A DNA stretch of 63,496 nt, the filler included, from Craspedostauros australis (Eukaryota): the NCBI GenBank assembly GCA_030167865.1. It is 19 parts of 19 records of this genome, joined end to end, with 100 filler letters (N's around TTAATTAATTAA, not from the genome) between each part and the next. Parts side by side here need not be neighbours in the genome. Positions count along the whole stretch, not along the records: positions 1 to 14,293 come from JALAGF010000382.1; 18 more parts are not named here. One strand, written 5' to 3'. The position numbers and the translations under genes are program-made. Each line of letters opens with the position of its first letter. Position 1 is the stretch's first letter. The notes under the pieces were generated by a model. The model did no database searches, was not told where the DNA came from, and saw only the letters and a list, made by a program, of their open reading frames with translations. Of the stretch, positions 1 through 9,943 are shown piece by piece.

Positions 1-768
1 ATCAGCTACGGACTCGAGTCCGATGTCAGACCAACCAGCGACATCGCATCCCTCCCACGATCCGTCTGGGGAAAGGTCAAGACCGATGTCTCTGGATGGG
101 GCGTCTCCGCCAGAGCCGATGTCGATGCACAGGACATGAACTCGGCTGACTTCGAGGTCGATGCCGACAACTCAGAGGCCGATCTCGCCATCCGCCTCAC
201 AGCATCCGCTGGAGGCAGCGGAAACGCCGTCAAGACCATCGAAGCCACCAAGGGCCTCGACCTGGATGGAGCTCGTGTCACCATCAACCCACGATACAAC
301 GTGGCCGATGAACAAGCCGACGTCGTGCTCGGATACAACAACGATGCCACCGATGTCAAGCTCACAGCATCTGCTGACAGCCAGGAGGTCGTCGTGTCCC
401 ACAAGCTGGAGAGCACCGGCATCAAGCTCACCGCTTCTGCCGAGAGCCAGGAGGTCGAGATCGATCACCAGATCGACAACACTGGCATCAAGCTCACAGC
501 ATCCGCTGACAACCAGGAGGTCACCGTGTCCCAGCAGATCAACGATCGCGATCGTGTGTCTCCAACACTGACGAGCAACGGCGATCTTTCTGTTGAGTGG
601 GAGCGCACCTTGGAGGATGAGAGCAAGCTGACGGCCACCTTGAAGCCGAATGACAGTTTGGATGTTGAGTGGAACGACGGAGACTGGACCGCGAACGTGA
701 ACATGCCAATCTCTGGCACTGACATCACCGGAGCCAACGTCCATGTCAAGAGAGACATCGTGTTTTAA
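1..768 (+). CDS. Probable beta-barrel outer-membrane/porin-like protein (OEP24-like by inference), 5'-truncated, with three tandem 22-aa repeats
   Basis: Frame +1 is open from base 1 (ISYGLESDVRPTSDIASLPRSVWGKV...) through ORF 136..768. Alternating polar/hydrophobic beta-strand pattern, no helical TM segment, C-terminal strand ending in Phe (ANVHVKRDIVF), strong C/G-ending codon bias. Confidence 0.6.
   Translation: MSYGLESDVRPTSDIASLPRSVWGKVKTDVSGWGVSARADVDAQDMNSADFEVDADNSEADLAIRLTASAGGSGNAVKTIEATKGLDLDGARVTINPRYNVADEQADVVLGYNNDATDVKLTASADSQEVVVSHKLESTGIKLTASAESQEVEIDHQIDNTGIKLTASADNQEVTVSQQINDRDRVSPTLTSNGDLSVEWERTLEDESKLTATLKPNDSLDVEWNDGDWTANVNMPISGTDITGANVHVKRDIVF
355..552 (+). repeat. 66-bp coding tandem repeat x3 (KLTASAxxQEVxxxxxxxxTGI)
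   Basis: (g/a)tcaagctcac(a/c)gc(a/t)tc(t/c)gc(t/c)ga...ccaggaggtc recurs at 355, 421 and 487. Confidence 0.9.
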
Positions 769-1026
769 ATTGGGGAGATGCTGTACTTCACGCACTACCT
801 ACTGTAACATCAACAACATCTGTAATTCCAACATCACAAAGCGACTTCTTCAACCGTGTTAGTGGTGTTGTCCACCCACATTGGCCTTACTTTTGCCTGG
901 TACTGTCCGCATTTGTGGGGGCGTTGTGTAGTTAGTCTGTTGATTGACCGACGGACGCAACAACCGTTGGACTCGTTCCGCTCCTCTCGAACAAACACAT
1001 CATTGCATTTTGGAGAGCCATTGATC

Positions 1027-1650
1027 TCACAGTTGGAGCCAAGCATTGATTCCATCCTCGATATGTCCGAAAGATCTTGGTTCGATCGCCTGCGTGTCAT
1101 CATTCCACACGCTTGGCCAGATCACCGCGCCTCCTCGTGTTGGCATAAAGATGATACCAAGCTGATCAAAGTTGGAACCATCGCCAACGCCGACGGTATG
1201 CAGGACTGTGCAAACTGTCAAGATCCGTGGTCCGTGTTGCCGGTGCGTTCAGTTTGATATGACCGCGAAGACAGGGATCCTGTCCGTTCGCATTCATGCT
1301 GCGTCGTATCGCATGTCGAGTAGAGCAGATAACTTCACTAATGCTCTTTCCGGCGCAACACGAGACCATCACGGATATGTCCTCCATCAATTTACCGCAC
1401 CGGAAAGGTAAACGCCACGCACCTGCTCTTCGCCAGGCTGCAACACTTGCAAACTCTCGCTGTTGGCGACCGAACGAAACCCGGTCACCACTTGCGGACC
1501 TGCTGCGCGATTGCAAGATGCACGAAGTGAACGACATCTTGCGACGACATGCTCAATTGGAATGAGCTTCTTCGAGGAGAAGGACCTCTCGTTGTGTCGG
1601 GAGACGACGCGCACGATTTGGACATCCAAACATGCTGTCCAGGTCCATTC
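1027..1650 (-). pseudogene. Decayed prolyl 4-hydroxylase (2OG-Fe(II)) catalytic-domain remnant directly downstream of the ShKT exons
   Basis: Fragments in different frames: DLDSMF (~1645-1628), VTGFRSVANSESLQVLQ (~1490-1438), YQTER / QHGPRILTV (frameshift and TGA at ~1250), GSNFDQLGIIFMPTRGGAVIWPSV..INAWLQL. These are colinear with the P4H consensus. The HxD and the distal His/Lys motifs are not recognisable. Confidence 0.65.
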
Positions 1651-1651
1651 A

Positions 1652-2824
1652 TCACGCGGGAACGTCGCAACTGTTGCAAACTGGAGCGCAGGATCGTCTC
1701 ATGTCTGCTGTGGTTGGAAAAAGTGTGAGAAGGGCATAATCCAGATTTGAACAATGCAACCAACGCGTGCATGACACTTACATGTCGGATTCACGGCACA
1801 CTCTCCGATGGTCGCCCACCACGCGCATCGAGCATCCGCATTGCGACACGACGCATGACCCTTGTACTTCATGTAATTCTTTGCTTTGTGGATCGTGAAG
1901 AGGACGTCGGATCGTTGCGTGCCGTCCGCGATGTGATCCACCATTTGAAGAACGCCCATGTCCCCGCCACGTTGCAGCTGCTCGTCCATGGATTCGGGCG
2001 GGCACAAGTCACATGATTTTTGGCAATGCTGTTTCATGTAGCTGCGCATGCGTGGGAGCAGGCAATGTGAGTGTGACGAAGGAAGTGACGAAGTGAGTGA
2101 AGAAAAGGCAATGAGCATGAGAAAGGCGTGGCACAACGATCAATGGAATAGACTGCAATAGAGTAGAAGAGATACAATGACAGAACCACGCGACTTGACG
2201 CAAACCAACTTACTCATGATTGGCAGTGCATTCTCCGTTGGATGCCCACACCGAACACCACTGATTGTCATCATGACATAGCGTCGATTCAGTCGGCGTG
2301 GCAGCATCGCTTGTTTCTGGCACGCACAACCCGCAGCTCGGCCGGCACAGCTGAATCATGTAGTGCGGATTCGTCTTACACTCGCCTCTCTCGGCCCACG
2401 TGCGGCAATGATGACTATGATCAGCGCATGAAGGTGCCGCTGGATGATCATGGCTGTTGTATTTGTTGCTGTCATCGTCGTTGGCATCGTCCTGCGGATC
2501 GTTGTCCTGCTCATCATCGCCATCGTCGTTCCCATACTGATGTATGTCTGCGCGGCCTTGCAATCGTCTCTCAAGGGACTGTCTGTAGTGCATCCTCGTG
2601 TCCGCGAAGGCGATCTCTTCCGGAGTCAGCTCCTCACTGCTGCTGCTGCCATCTTGCGTCCCTCTGCCTTTGCAGGATTGATCTACGTCTGATGCATCGC
2701 AGTCTTGTGCGGAGGCAGCCACGCAGATCGATCGCGACCATGCTGGCGTCTCATGTTGATATCCATGCCACGCAACTACGATAAAGTACCAATAGAGGAT
2801 CCTCATTGTGGCATCATTTTGCAT
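1652..2824 (-). CDS. Secreted protein with three ShKT (ShK toxin-like) domains; exons 2824-2214, 2041-1782, 1704-1652
   Basis: Three CxDxxxxCxxWAxxGECxxNxxYMxxxCxxxCxxC-type motifs. GTAAG donors at 2213 and 1781 and CAG acceptors restore ShK domains 2 and 3 in phase. Hydrophobic N-terminus. Confidence 0.85.
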
Positions 2825-3737
2825 CCGGTGTTGTGCCTTGCTGGGTCAATTGATCATCTCATTGTGATTTCATTGTGCTTGTTTGTGTGGGTGTTCCCTC
2901 CTTGGTCGAATCGACGCGTCACATTTGTTTGGTGAACAAAGATACCAGCCGTTATTATAACGCTTTCTAACCGCCGTGTGTCATGAATGGATGGCTTCTC
3001 GACTTGCTGCTGAAGACTGTGTTTGCGTCGTTCTTGTGGTTGCTGTTGCTGTTGTTGCAACTATAGAATACCATCCTCTGGCGACAAGCTACCTGAAACA
3101 TAGTGTCCGCAAGTATCAGTGGAAAGGGTTGTGTTGGGGAGTATAGTAGAGCGACATCCTTTGGTGGCATCGTGTAGGAATAACAGTCATCAGCTGCCTG
3201 TTGGACGCTGTACGAGCTTCAGGCTGGGGATCCACAGGCGATGGACAAGACCGTTCTGAGGAGGGGGCAGCGAATCCGACGATACCAGCGATGCAGGAGG
3301 CATGCAGAGTGGTTGCATACGTTGCTGATCTCCAGGAGGAGTTCAGTTGGAGTTGCGGCATTGAATGTCGGTCCGGCTTACTTCCAACTGGTCTCTCCAT
3401 CCATCACACATTGCGGTCCTCTTTGAAGTCTCGATTCGATACACGCTGCGATCATTCAATGCTCTACAAGTACCATGTCTGGCTATCTTCCTCTCTCTGC
3501 TCTGGGAAGAAAGATAGGACGAAGGCCTAGCTCCACCCTGCCTCCATGTCCAATTGCCTTTTTTTGCGACACAAGATTCAATCTCGTTTGTGGATATCCG
3601 ATCGACGGACAGACATTGCCCATCACCTCTGCGTCGAGCAAGGAATCCGAACGGGCGCTACTTGCGCATCCCACAGAACAAATACTCGTACCACACGGTT
3701 GATGTTGCATGGTTCATGAGAACGCTTCAACCCGCAC

Positions 3738-3762
3738 AGAGAGAGAGAGAGAGAGAGAGAGA
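3738..3762. repeat. (GA)n microsatellite upstream of the TPC gene
   Basis: agagagagagagagagagagagaga. Confidence 0.95.
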
Positions 3763-4016
3763 AGCCACTTCGAACCAATCGACGCTGATCGGAGAAGGTG
3801 TATCCAATTGCCGGCGACGGAACATTGGATGGAAGAAACCTCACAGAGACGATCTTGCATCCCACTTTGCGCAGCACCGCTTCCATCGTCCCCACTTGGT
3901 GACATCGCTGTCATCGCCGGCGCCGCTGAGGCTGCCATAGTTGCTGGGAACGCCACCCCGTCATCTGCGTCTCTGGCACCAGCGTCTCTGGCACCAGCGT
4001 TGTCATCATCGTCATC

Positions 4017-6719
4017 ATGACTTTGACCAACGGCAGTGGCAAGTCTCATTCCAACGACAGCATGGAGAATCGAGCGATGGAAACCACGGGGTTGCTGGCC
4101 AACAGGCAGGCGTCCTTCGGAGAAACCAACGGCGGCACGGAATCCTCCGTTGACAACCTCAGCGTCTCCCACGGATCACCACCACCGACGGGCGCTTCAC
4201 GATCCTTGGGAAACAAGGGATCCTTCGGCAGCCGATCGTTGCGCGACTTCCTCGAGCATTGGACGACGCATGAACGCCAGGATGCCCTGCGACGTCCCGG
4301 CGTCGGCAGCGCGGCATTGCTGATCCGCGACGCGGTCCTGGGCCAGGAACCCGTGTCCGAAAAATACGATGAGCAGCTCTACAATCCGTACAACAGCTCC
4401 CCGGATCCCGCCAACGAAGACTTCTCCATGCTCGATATCATCGCCATCCTCTGCGGCAGATTGAGCTCCTACGACTGGATGGCCCGTCTCGTCAAGCTGT
4501 CGGCGTGGATGCTGGCGCTTCTCACCTTCGTCGAACCGCCGTACTGGTGCCGCGTGGAAGATGGAAGGAACGACAATGGCATGGATGCCTTCGGTGATTC
4601 CGGTGCGGCCGGCGATGCGCAATTCGAGTTGGAAGGCATCGACGGGCACTGTCACCGTCTCTTTGCTGCCAGGGGACCCGTGGACGCCGATACGTCCACC
4701 GACGTCTACTACTATCCCAATGCGACCTGGATCCTGCTCACCCTGTCCGAAGCCCGGTTGGCGGAGCTGATTCTCATCACGTTCATCACCTTCTACGTCT
4801 TCCTCCGCTTCGGTCGCAACGGATTCCGTTGGCGCATCCATTTCCAACGCACATCGATGGGCGTGCAACGCAGCCTGAGATTCCTCGCCACGATCCTCAT
4901 CTACCTCGGCTTGTTCACGCATCATACCCAGCTCCATCCGTACCTGCGATTGTTCATCCTCGGGACCTTCCACAACAGCTTCCAGCGCGAATTCACCACC
5001 TTCCTCCGCATGATCCCAGAGATCATCTACATCCTGGCCCTGCTGGGTGTCATCATCTTCTTTTACGCCTGGTTCGGCACGGTCGTCTTCTACGGAACGG
5101 CGGAAGGCAAAGACCACTTTCCCAACCTCATCGACTCGCTGTGGACGCTGTGGCAGATGGTCACGACCGTCATCTATCCCGACGTCATGATGACTTCCTA
5201 CAACAAGAGCCGCCTCTCCGCGATCTACTTCGTCTCCTTCATGATCATCTCGCTCTTCTTCATCATGAACCTCATCCTTGCCTCCGTCGTCAACGCCTAC
5301 GACAGCGACATCGACCGGCGCAAGAAGAGCCGCTCCTTCCATTCCAAACGCAACCTCGCCAAGGCATTCCAGCTCATGGATCCCAACAACACCGGCTCCA
5401 TCGACTCGCAAACCATCATGGCGGTCTTTTACATCCTCAACAACGACTTTCCCGATTTCCGCTACATCCCCAAGGACGCCACGCAGATCCTCTTCGCCCT
5501 CCTCGACAAGGACGGGACCTCCAAGATCAAGCTGGAGGAATTCTTGAACTTCGGCGACGTCCTCTTGCTGCGGCTCACGAAGGCGTCGGATTATGCCACG
5601 ACCGTGGAAGTGTGCTTTCCGCGGACCTACCGTTCCGACTGGTACCAATCCCTCCTGTCCTTTGTCAAGTCCGGCAAGTTCGATCACATCATCGACGTCC
5701 TGCTCGTGTTGAATGCCATCGTCATTGGAATTCAGTCGTACCCGGAACTTGCTGGAATGGAACCGGACATCAATCCCGACTACGCCGACGGCCAAATCGA
5801 CACGATCTGGGAGAAGCTGGAAACCATCTTCACGGTGCTGTATTGTTTGGAGGTTGCGATCAAGGTCATGGTCTTCGGGTGGAAGGCCTATTCCGAATCG
5901 GCGCGCAATACCTTCGATTTCGTCATCACCGTCTCCGCCCTTTGCGCAACTGCCTACGTCTACTATCCCAACGGATACTACGACAGCCGCTTGATCCGTT
6001 TCATCGTCATGGCGCGCGTCCTGCGCCTCATGCGACTCCTGCTGGCCGTGCCGCAATTCCAGCTCATCGGACGCATCGCGGCCGAGATCATACCCGCGGC
6101 CAGCAGCGTGCTCCTCTTCCTCTTCTTCTTGCTGTACTTCTTTTCGGCTCTGGGCATGACGTTGTTCGGAGGCATTATCACGCGAGATCCCAACAACCCG
6201 CATTCCGAACGCCTCGAAGGAACCGACTTTGCCAACACGCAGTACTGGGCCAACAACTTCAACGACATGATGAGCGGCATGAACGTCCTGTTCAACCTGC
6301 TCGTCATCAACAACTGGCAGATCTGCGCGTATGGTATCGAAGCCGCCGCCGACACGCGGTGGGTGCGCTGGTATTTCTTCGCGTTCCACGTCCTCGGCGT
6401 CGTCCTCATCAACAACCTCGTGCAGGCCGTCGTCATCAATGCCTTCTTTCAGCAGTTGGAGAACCGGCGCAATTCGACGGAGGATGTCGTCGTGGAAGGT
6501 GAAGCGATCATCCGGCAGCAGACGGCGCTGTTCGATGCCACTGAGGTGACGGGGACCAAGACCGGCGCGTCGGGCGGATACGTGGCGCGGATCCAGGCCA
6601 TCCATTCCGATATTGACGTCAATGAACGCGAGCAGCTCAAGACGTTGTTCACGAACAGCAGTCGATCGAGCAACAATCTTGCGGGTGACGCTGGCGATAA
6701 TGATGACGCCAAGGCATGA
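4017..6719 (+). CDS. TPC1: Two-pore channel (TPC1-type) with cytosolic EF-hand linker
   Basis: 900 aa. Two 6-TM repeats, pore motifs LWQMVTTVIYPDVM and LFNLLVINNWQ, YWANNFND, Arg-rich S4 (RLIRFIVMARVLRLMRLL), EF-like loops DPNNTGSIDSQT and DKDGTSKIKLEE, N-terminal ExxxLL (ETTGLL) sorting motif. Confidence 0.93.
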   Translation: MTLTNGSGKSHSNDSMENRAMETTGLLANRQASFGETNGGTESSVDNLSVSHGSPPPTGASRSLGNKGSFGSRSLRDFLEHWTTHERQDALRRPGVGSAALLIRDAVLGQEPVSEKYDEQLYNPYNSSPDPANEDFSMLDIIAILCGRLSSYDWMARLVKLSAWMLALLTFVEPPYWCRVEDGRNDNGMDAFGDSGAAGDAQFELEGIDGHCHRLFAARGPVDADTSTDVYYYPNATWILLTLSEARLAELILITFITFYVFLRFGRNGFRWRIHFQRTSMGVQRSLRFLATILIYLGLFTHHTQLHPYLRLFILGTFHNSFQREFTTFLRMIPEIIYILALLGVIIFFYAWFGTVVFYGTAEGKDHFPNLIDSLWTLWQMVTTVIYPDVMMTSYNKSRLSAIYFVSFMIISLFFIMNLILASVVNAYDSDIDRRKKSRSFHSKRNLAKAFQLMDPNNTGSIDSQTIMAVFYILNNDFPDFRYIPKDATQILFALLDKDGTSKIKLEEFLNFGDVLLLRLTKASDYATTVEVCFPRTYRSDWYQSLLSFVKSGKFDHIIDVLLVLNAIVIGIQSYPELAGMEPDINPDYADGQIDTIWEKLETIFTVLYCLEVAIKVMVFGWKAYSESARNTFDFVITVSALCATAYVYYPNGYYDSRLIRFIVMARVLRLMRLLLAVPQFQLIGRIAAEIIPAASSVLLFLFFLLYFFSALGMTLFGGIITRDPNNPHSERLEGTDFANTQYWANNFNDMMSGMNVLFNLLVINNWQICAYGIEAAADTRWVRWYFFAFHVLGVVLINNLVQAVVINAFFQQLENRRNSTEDVVVEGEAIIRQQTALFDATEVTGTKTGASGGYVARIQAIHSDIDVNEREQLKTLFTNSSRSSNNLAGDAGDNDDAKA

Positions 6720-6964
6720 CCAGCACCATGCACGTCACGGGACATTTTTACGAAGAAGCTGGACATCATTCAGCAAAAATATACATGGTTGTGTACTCTA
6801 GAGTGACTTGAATAATTGTATATTGTTGTATTGCCTATTATCTGATAAAGTTCTGCACACTGCTGGCTTGTGCTTGTTGCATTGCCTGCATTCGTGCGAG
6901 GAGGTACTCACTTTAGTGATCGTCTGCGGCTGTGTAGCATTGTCCGTACTTGTCGGTGCATCTC

Positions 6965-9164
6965 TCAGTACTGCGCCAAAGAATCGGTGTTGAGATTGGC
7001 CTCCACACCAAGCTTTTTCATGATGGCCACAAGAGGACCCACGACAGCTTCACGGGCAGCTGTCTTGTCGGTGGCTTCGATCTGCAGACATAGAATTGGA
7101 TCATGGAGACTCTGGCGCAGCATGAAGAAGCTGCCCTCGTCAGAAGTGTTGACACGAACACCTTCCAAGTTCTCGTCATCGAGCGTCCATCCAACGCGTG
7201 CATCTCCGCACGCCTCTACGACCGCCGCCTCCAACACTTCGAACGTGGCGGATGTGGATTCGTTGCTGCCATCGACGGCCTTCATGCGCAACTCGCTCAC
7301 CTCTGGCATCTCCTGCAACCCGGCGATGGCCTCCAATAGCGGAGATGTCGCCGGCTTCTCCATCTTGTCCATGCCGCTGCCGTCGCTGTCTGCTCGCGAC
7401 CGACGAGTTTGTTGCACGAGGTATGACAAGACCTTGACCGCGGTGTACGTTCCATCGTCCTGGTAATCATTCTCCTGCATCGCGCAATGGCCGGATGTTT
7501 CGATGGCCACTTCTGCGTTGCAGCTGCCGGTATCGGTGAGCTCCTTTGCCTTTCCAATCACGTTGGCGTATCCCTTCAAGTATCGAACGTGGTCGATGCC
7601 GAGATTGGCAAGAAATGTCGCCAGACCCAGGGATGTGACAGAATCAGTGACGAACGCGCAGCCGGGCGATTGGTCTGCGAAGATGACCGCCAGGAGCGCG
7701 ATGAGCCGATTGCGATTAAGCACCTCGTAGTCCTTCCACTGACCATCTGCATCCCGTTGTCTCGGGACGACCAACCCGCATCGATCGGCGTCCGTGTCCA
7801 GCATGATGCCAATGTCGGCATTGGCCGCCACGCATGCTTGGATGGTATCATCGATCATGATGGTGCTTTCCGGGTTCGGGACGTACCCAGCTGGGAATGT
7901 GGGATCCGGATGCACGTTGATCGATGACTCCGCGTTGGCACCGAGATCTTGCAGCACTTCGTGGAAGAAACCACCGCATCCATTGCCCGGGTTCAGTACC
8001 ACGTTCATGCCAGCCAGTGGCATGTCGTCTGGCTGCACCCCCACCTGCTGACAAATCGAATCCTTCAAACGCTGTTGGTAGGTCGGCATCCAGTCCACCC
8101 ACTGGGAGCAGAAGACGGCGTCGTGGCCGCTGGAAGGAGGAATCGTTCCCATGTCATACCAAAAGGAGGACCGGGTCTTGGCGATGGTCAGCATCTCGGA
8201 GATGTCGTTCTTTGTGAAGCCCCCTTTGTTTCGTGTGAAAAACTTGAATCCATTGCGATCGAGTGGGAGATGAGATGCAGTGACCATGACGCCCCCATGG
8301 CAGAGGGAAGAGCTGTGAATGTTCACCATATAGTTGTAGGTCGTATTGGCAGAAGAATGAGCAAGTGTGCAAGTCAAGTGCGCATGTGAGGAAATAAATG
8401 GATGAATGCGAGTTCGATGATGATTCTGGCCTCGTGAAACGTCGTCCTCTTGAGGCGCTTGTGTCACCACACCAAATCAAATGAATCAAAAGAACTCACC
8501 GAAACCAAGGATGACAAACAAGACATCGGAAGCCTCCTGAACTCTCCACTTACCGACAAAATTCGTACATCGCAGGAGTGGAAGCCACTCCGGTGTACAT
8601 GACGCGGACCTTGGAGTTAGCCAACTGCGCTCCGCGGCTGAAGGCATCCGCCAAACGCGTTCCATGGGATCGAGGGTCGATGCCCAGGCCGATGATGATT
8701 TCGTCGGACTCTGGCGGAAGATCAGGACTGCCCTCGCGCACCAGCATGGTGGCATACGCATACCCCAGGCAGTGCGCGGCCATCGGCGTCAACGGTGCAG
8801 CAGAGTTGTGCGGGTCATTCTTGTAGGCACGCAGAGCGCGGGCGACGGTGGCCACGCTGCCCAGCCGCTTGTGCTCGCAGAAGCCACCGCGGATGTCGGA
8901 TCCCTGCGCGAGATCGTTGAAGGATCGTTGGATGGCGAGCAGCGACGGCGGGAGGTTGTCATCGCTGATGTCGGCGTTGAAGTATCCCGAGAGGAAGTCG
9001 TTCGGTGCGGACGTCACGGATTCCTTCTGCTGATCGAACGACGCGGCACGCAGTCCGACGAGCTGATTCCTCGTTGCGCTCTGCTGGATTGGAAGTGTGG
9101 TCCAGCATGCCGCATGCTTCAGCAGCAGCGGCGTGATGGCGAAGCCAACGGAAGTGATACGCAT
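6965..9164 (-). CDS. Phosphoglucomutase/phosphomannomutase family (alpha-D-phosphohexomutase), probably plastid-targeted; exons 9164-8554 and 8312-6965
   Basis: GSDIRG, GIDPR, STPAM, catalytic TASHLP, metal-binding DTDADR and ETSGH motifs. In-phase GTAAG..CAG intron. Signal peptide followed by W and a transit-like segment. Confidence 0.92.
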
Positions 9165-9943
9165 CTTGTCAGAGCCTCGTTGTTCTGTGCGGTGCTCTGA
9201 TGCTGCAGATTCCTGCCATGTATTATGTGCTGTGTGTTGTGGGTGCGCATCACGCGAGCATTTGCCTGCGAGAGTGCGAGTTGTGGGTGCGCATCAACAC
9301 CACGAGACGAGGGCAGGGAGAGGAGACGCAAACGCGCGAGGAGACGGAAGAAGGAAGGGGACGCGGTCTGGTTGGTTGTCATGGAGATTGGCGTTCTCAT
9401 GTTTTGTCATTTGAGGGACGCACGCAAGTGCACCAGCTCTCCCCCTTCGTGTGTGTTGGTTGATTGGCTGGTGGTGGCGAACGAGAACGCAAACCCGCGA
9501 GAACAAAACGTATCAAAGCCATCAACAGACGAGAAGCATGTCTGAGCAACAGATGGTGAAGAACATTTGTGATGTCACGTTCGCACCGTCACCAACGAAG
9601 ACAGACGACTTCCCCCAAATGGATATTATTCGGGGTAAACTTGTGATTTAGGGGTGAAAAGGACGATTGCCCCCACAAAGTCATGGCAAGAAGAACGCAA
9701 ACACAACCAAAAAGGCAAATGTTGGCGCGAAGATCTTGTTTCGTCATGCGAAAGCGCTGCGAAGCACCTGCCAAAACAGGGAACAGTCGTGGTGGCAAGA
9801 ACAAGCACAGTGGCAACAGTGCAACCAATGACTTTGCTCAACCAAGATCATTTGGCACATAAAATTGGAAAAGCGAAGAACGAATCGTTCCCGCACTCTC
9901 TCCATCATCCACAACAACGCAGCTGTCTCCGCTCTCTCGCACG

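Noticed and set aside
4197..6605. 802-aa antisense ORF and 557-aa alternate-frame ORF over TPC
   Set aside because: Shadow ORFs caused by C/G-ending codon bias. No motifs.
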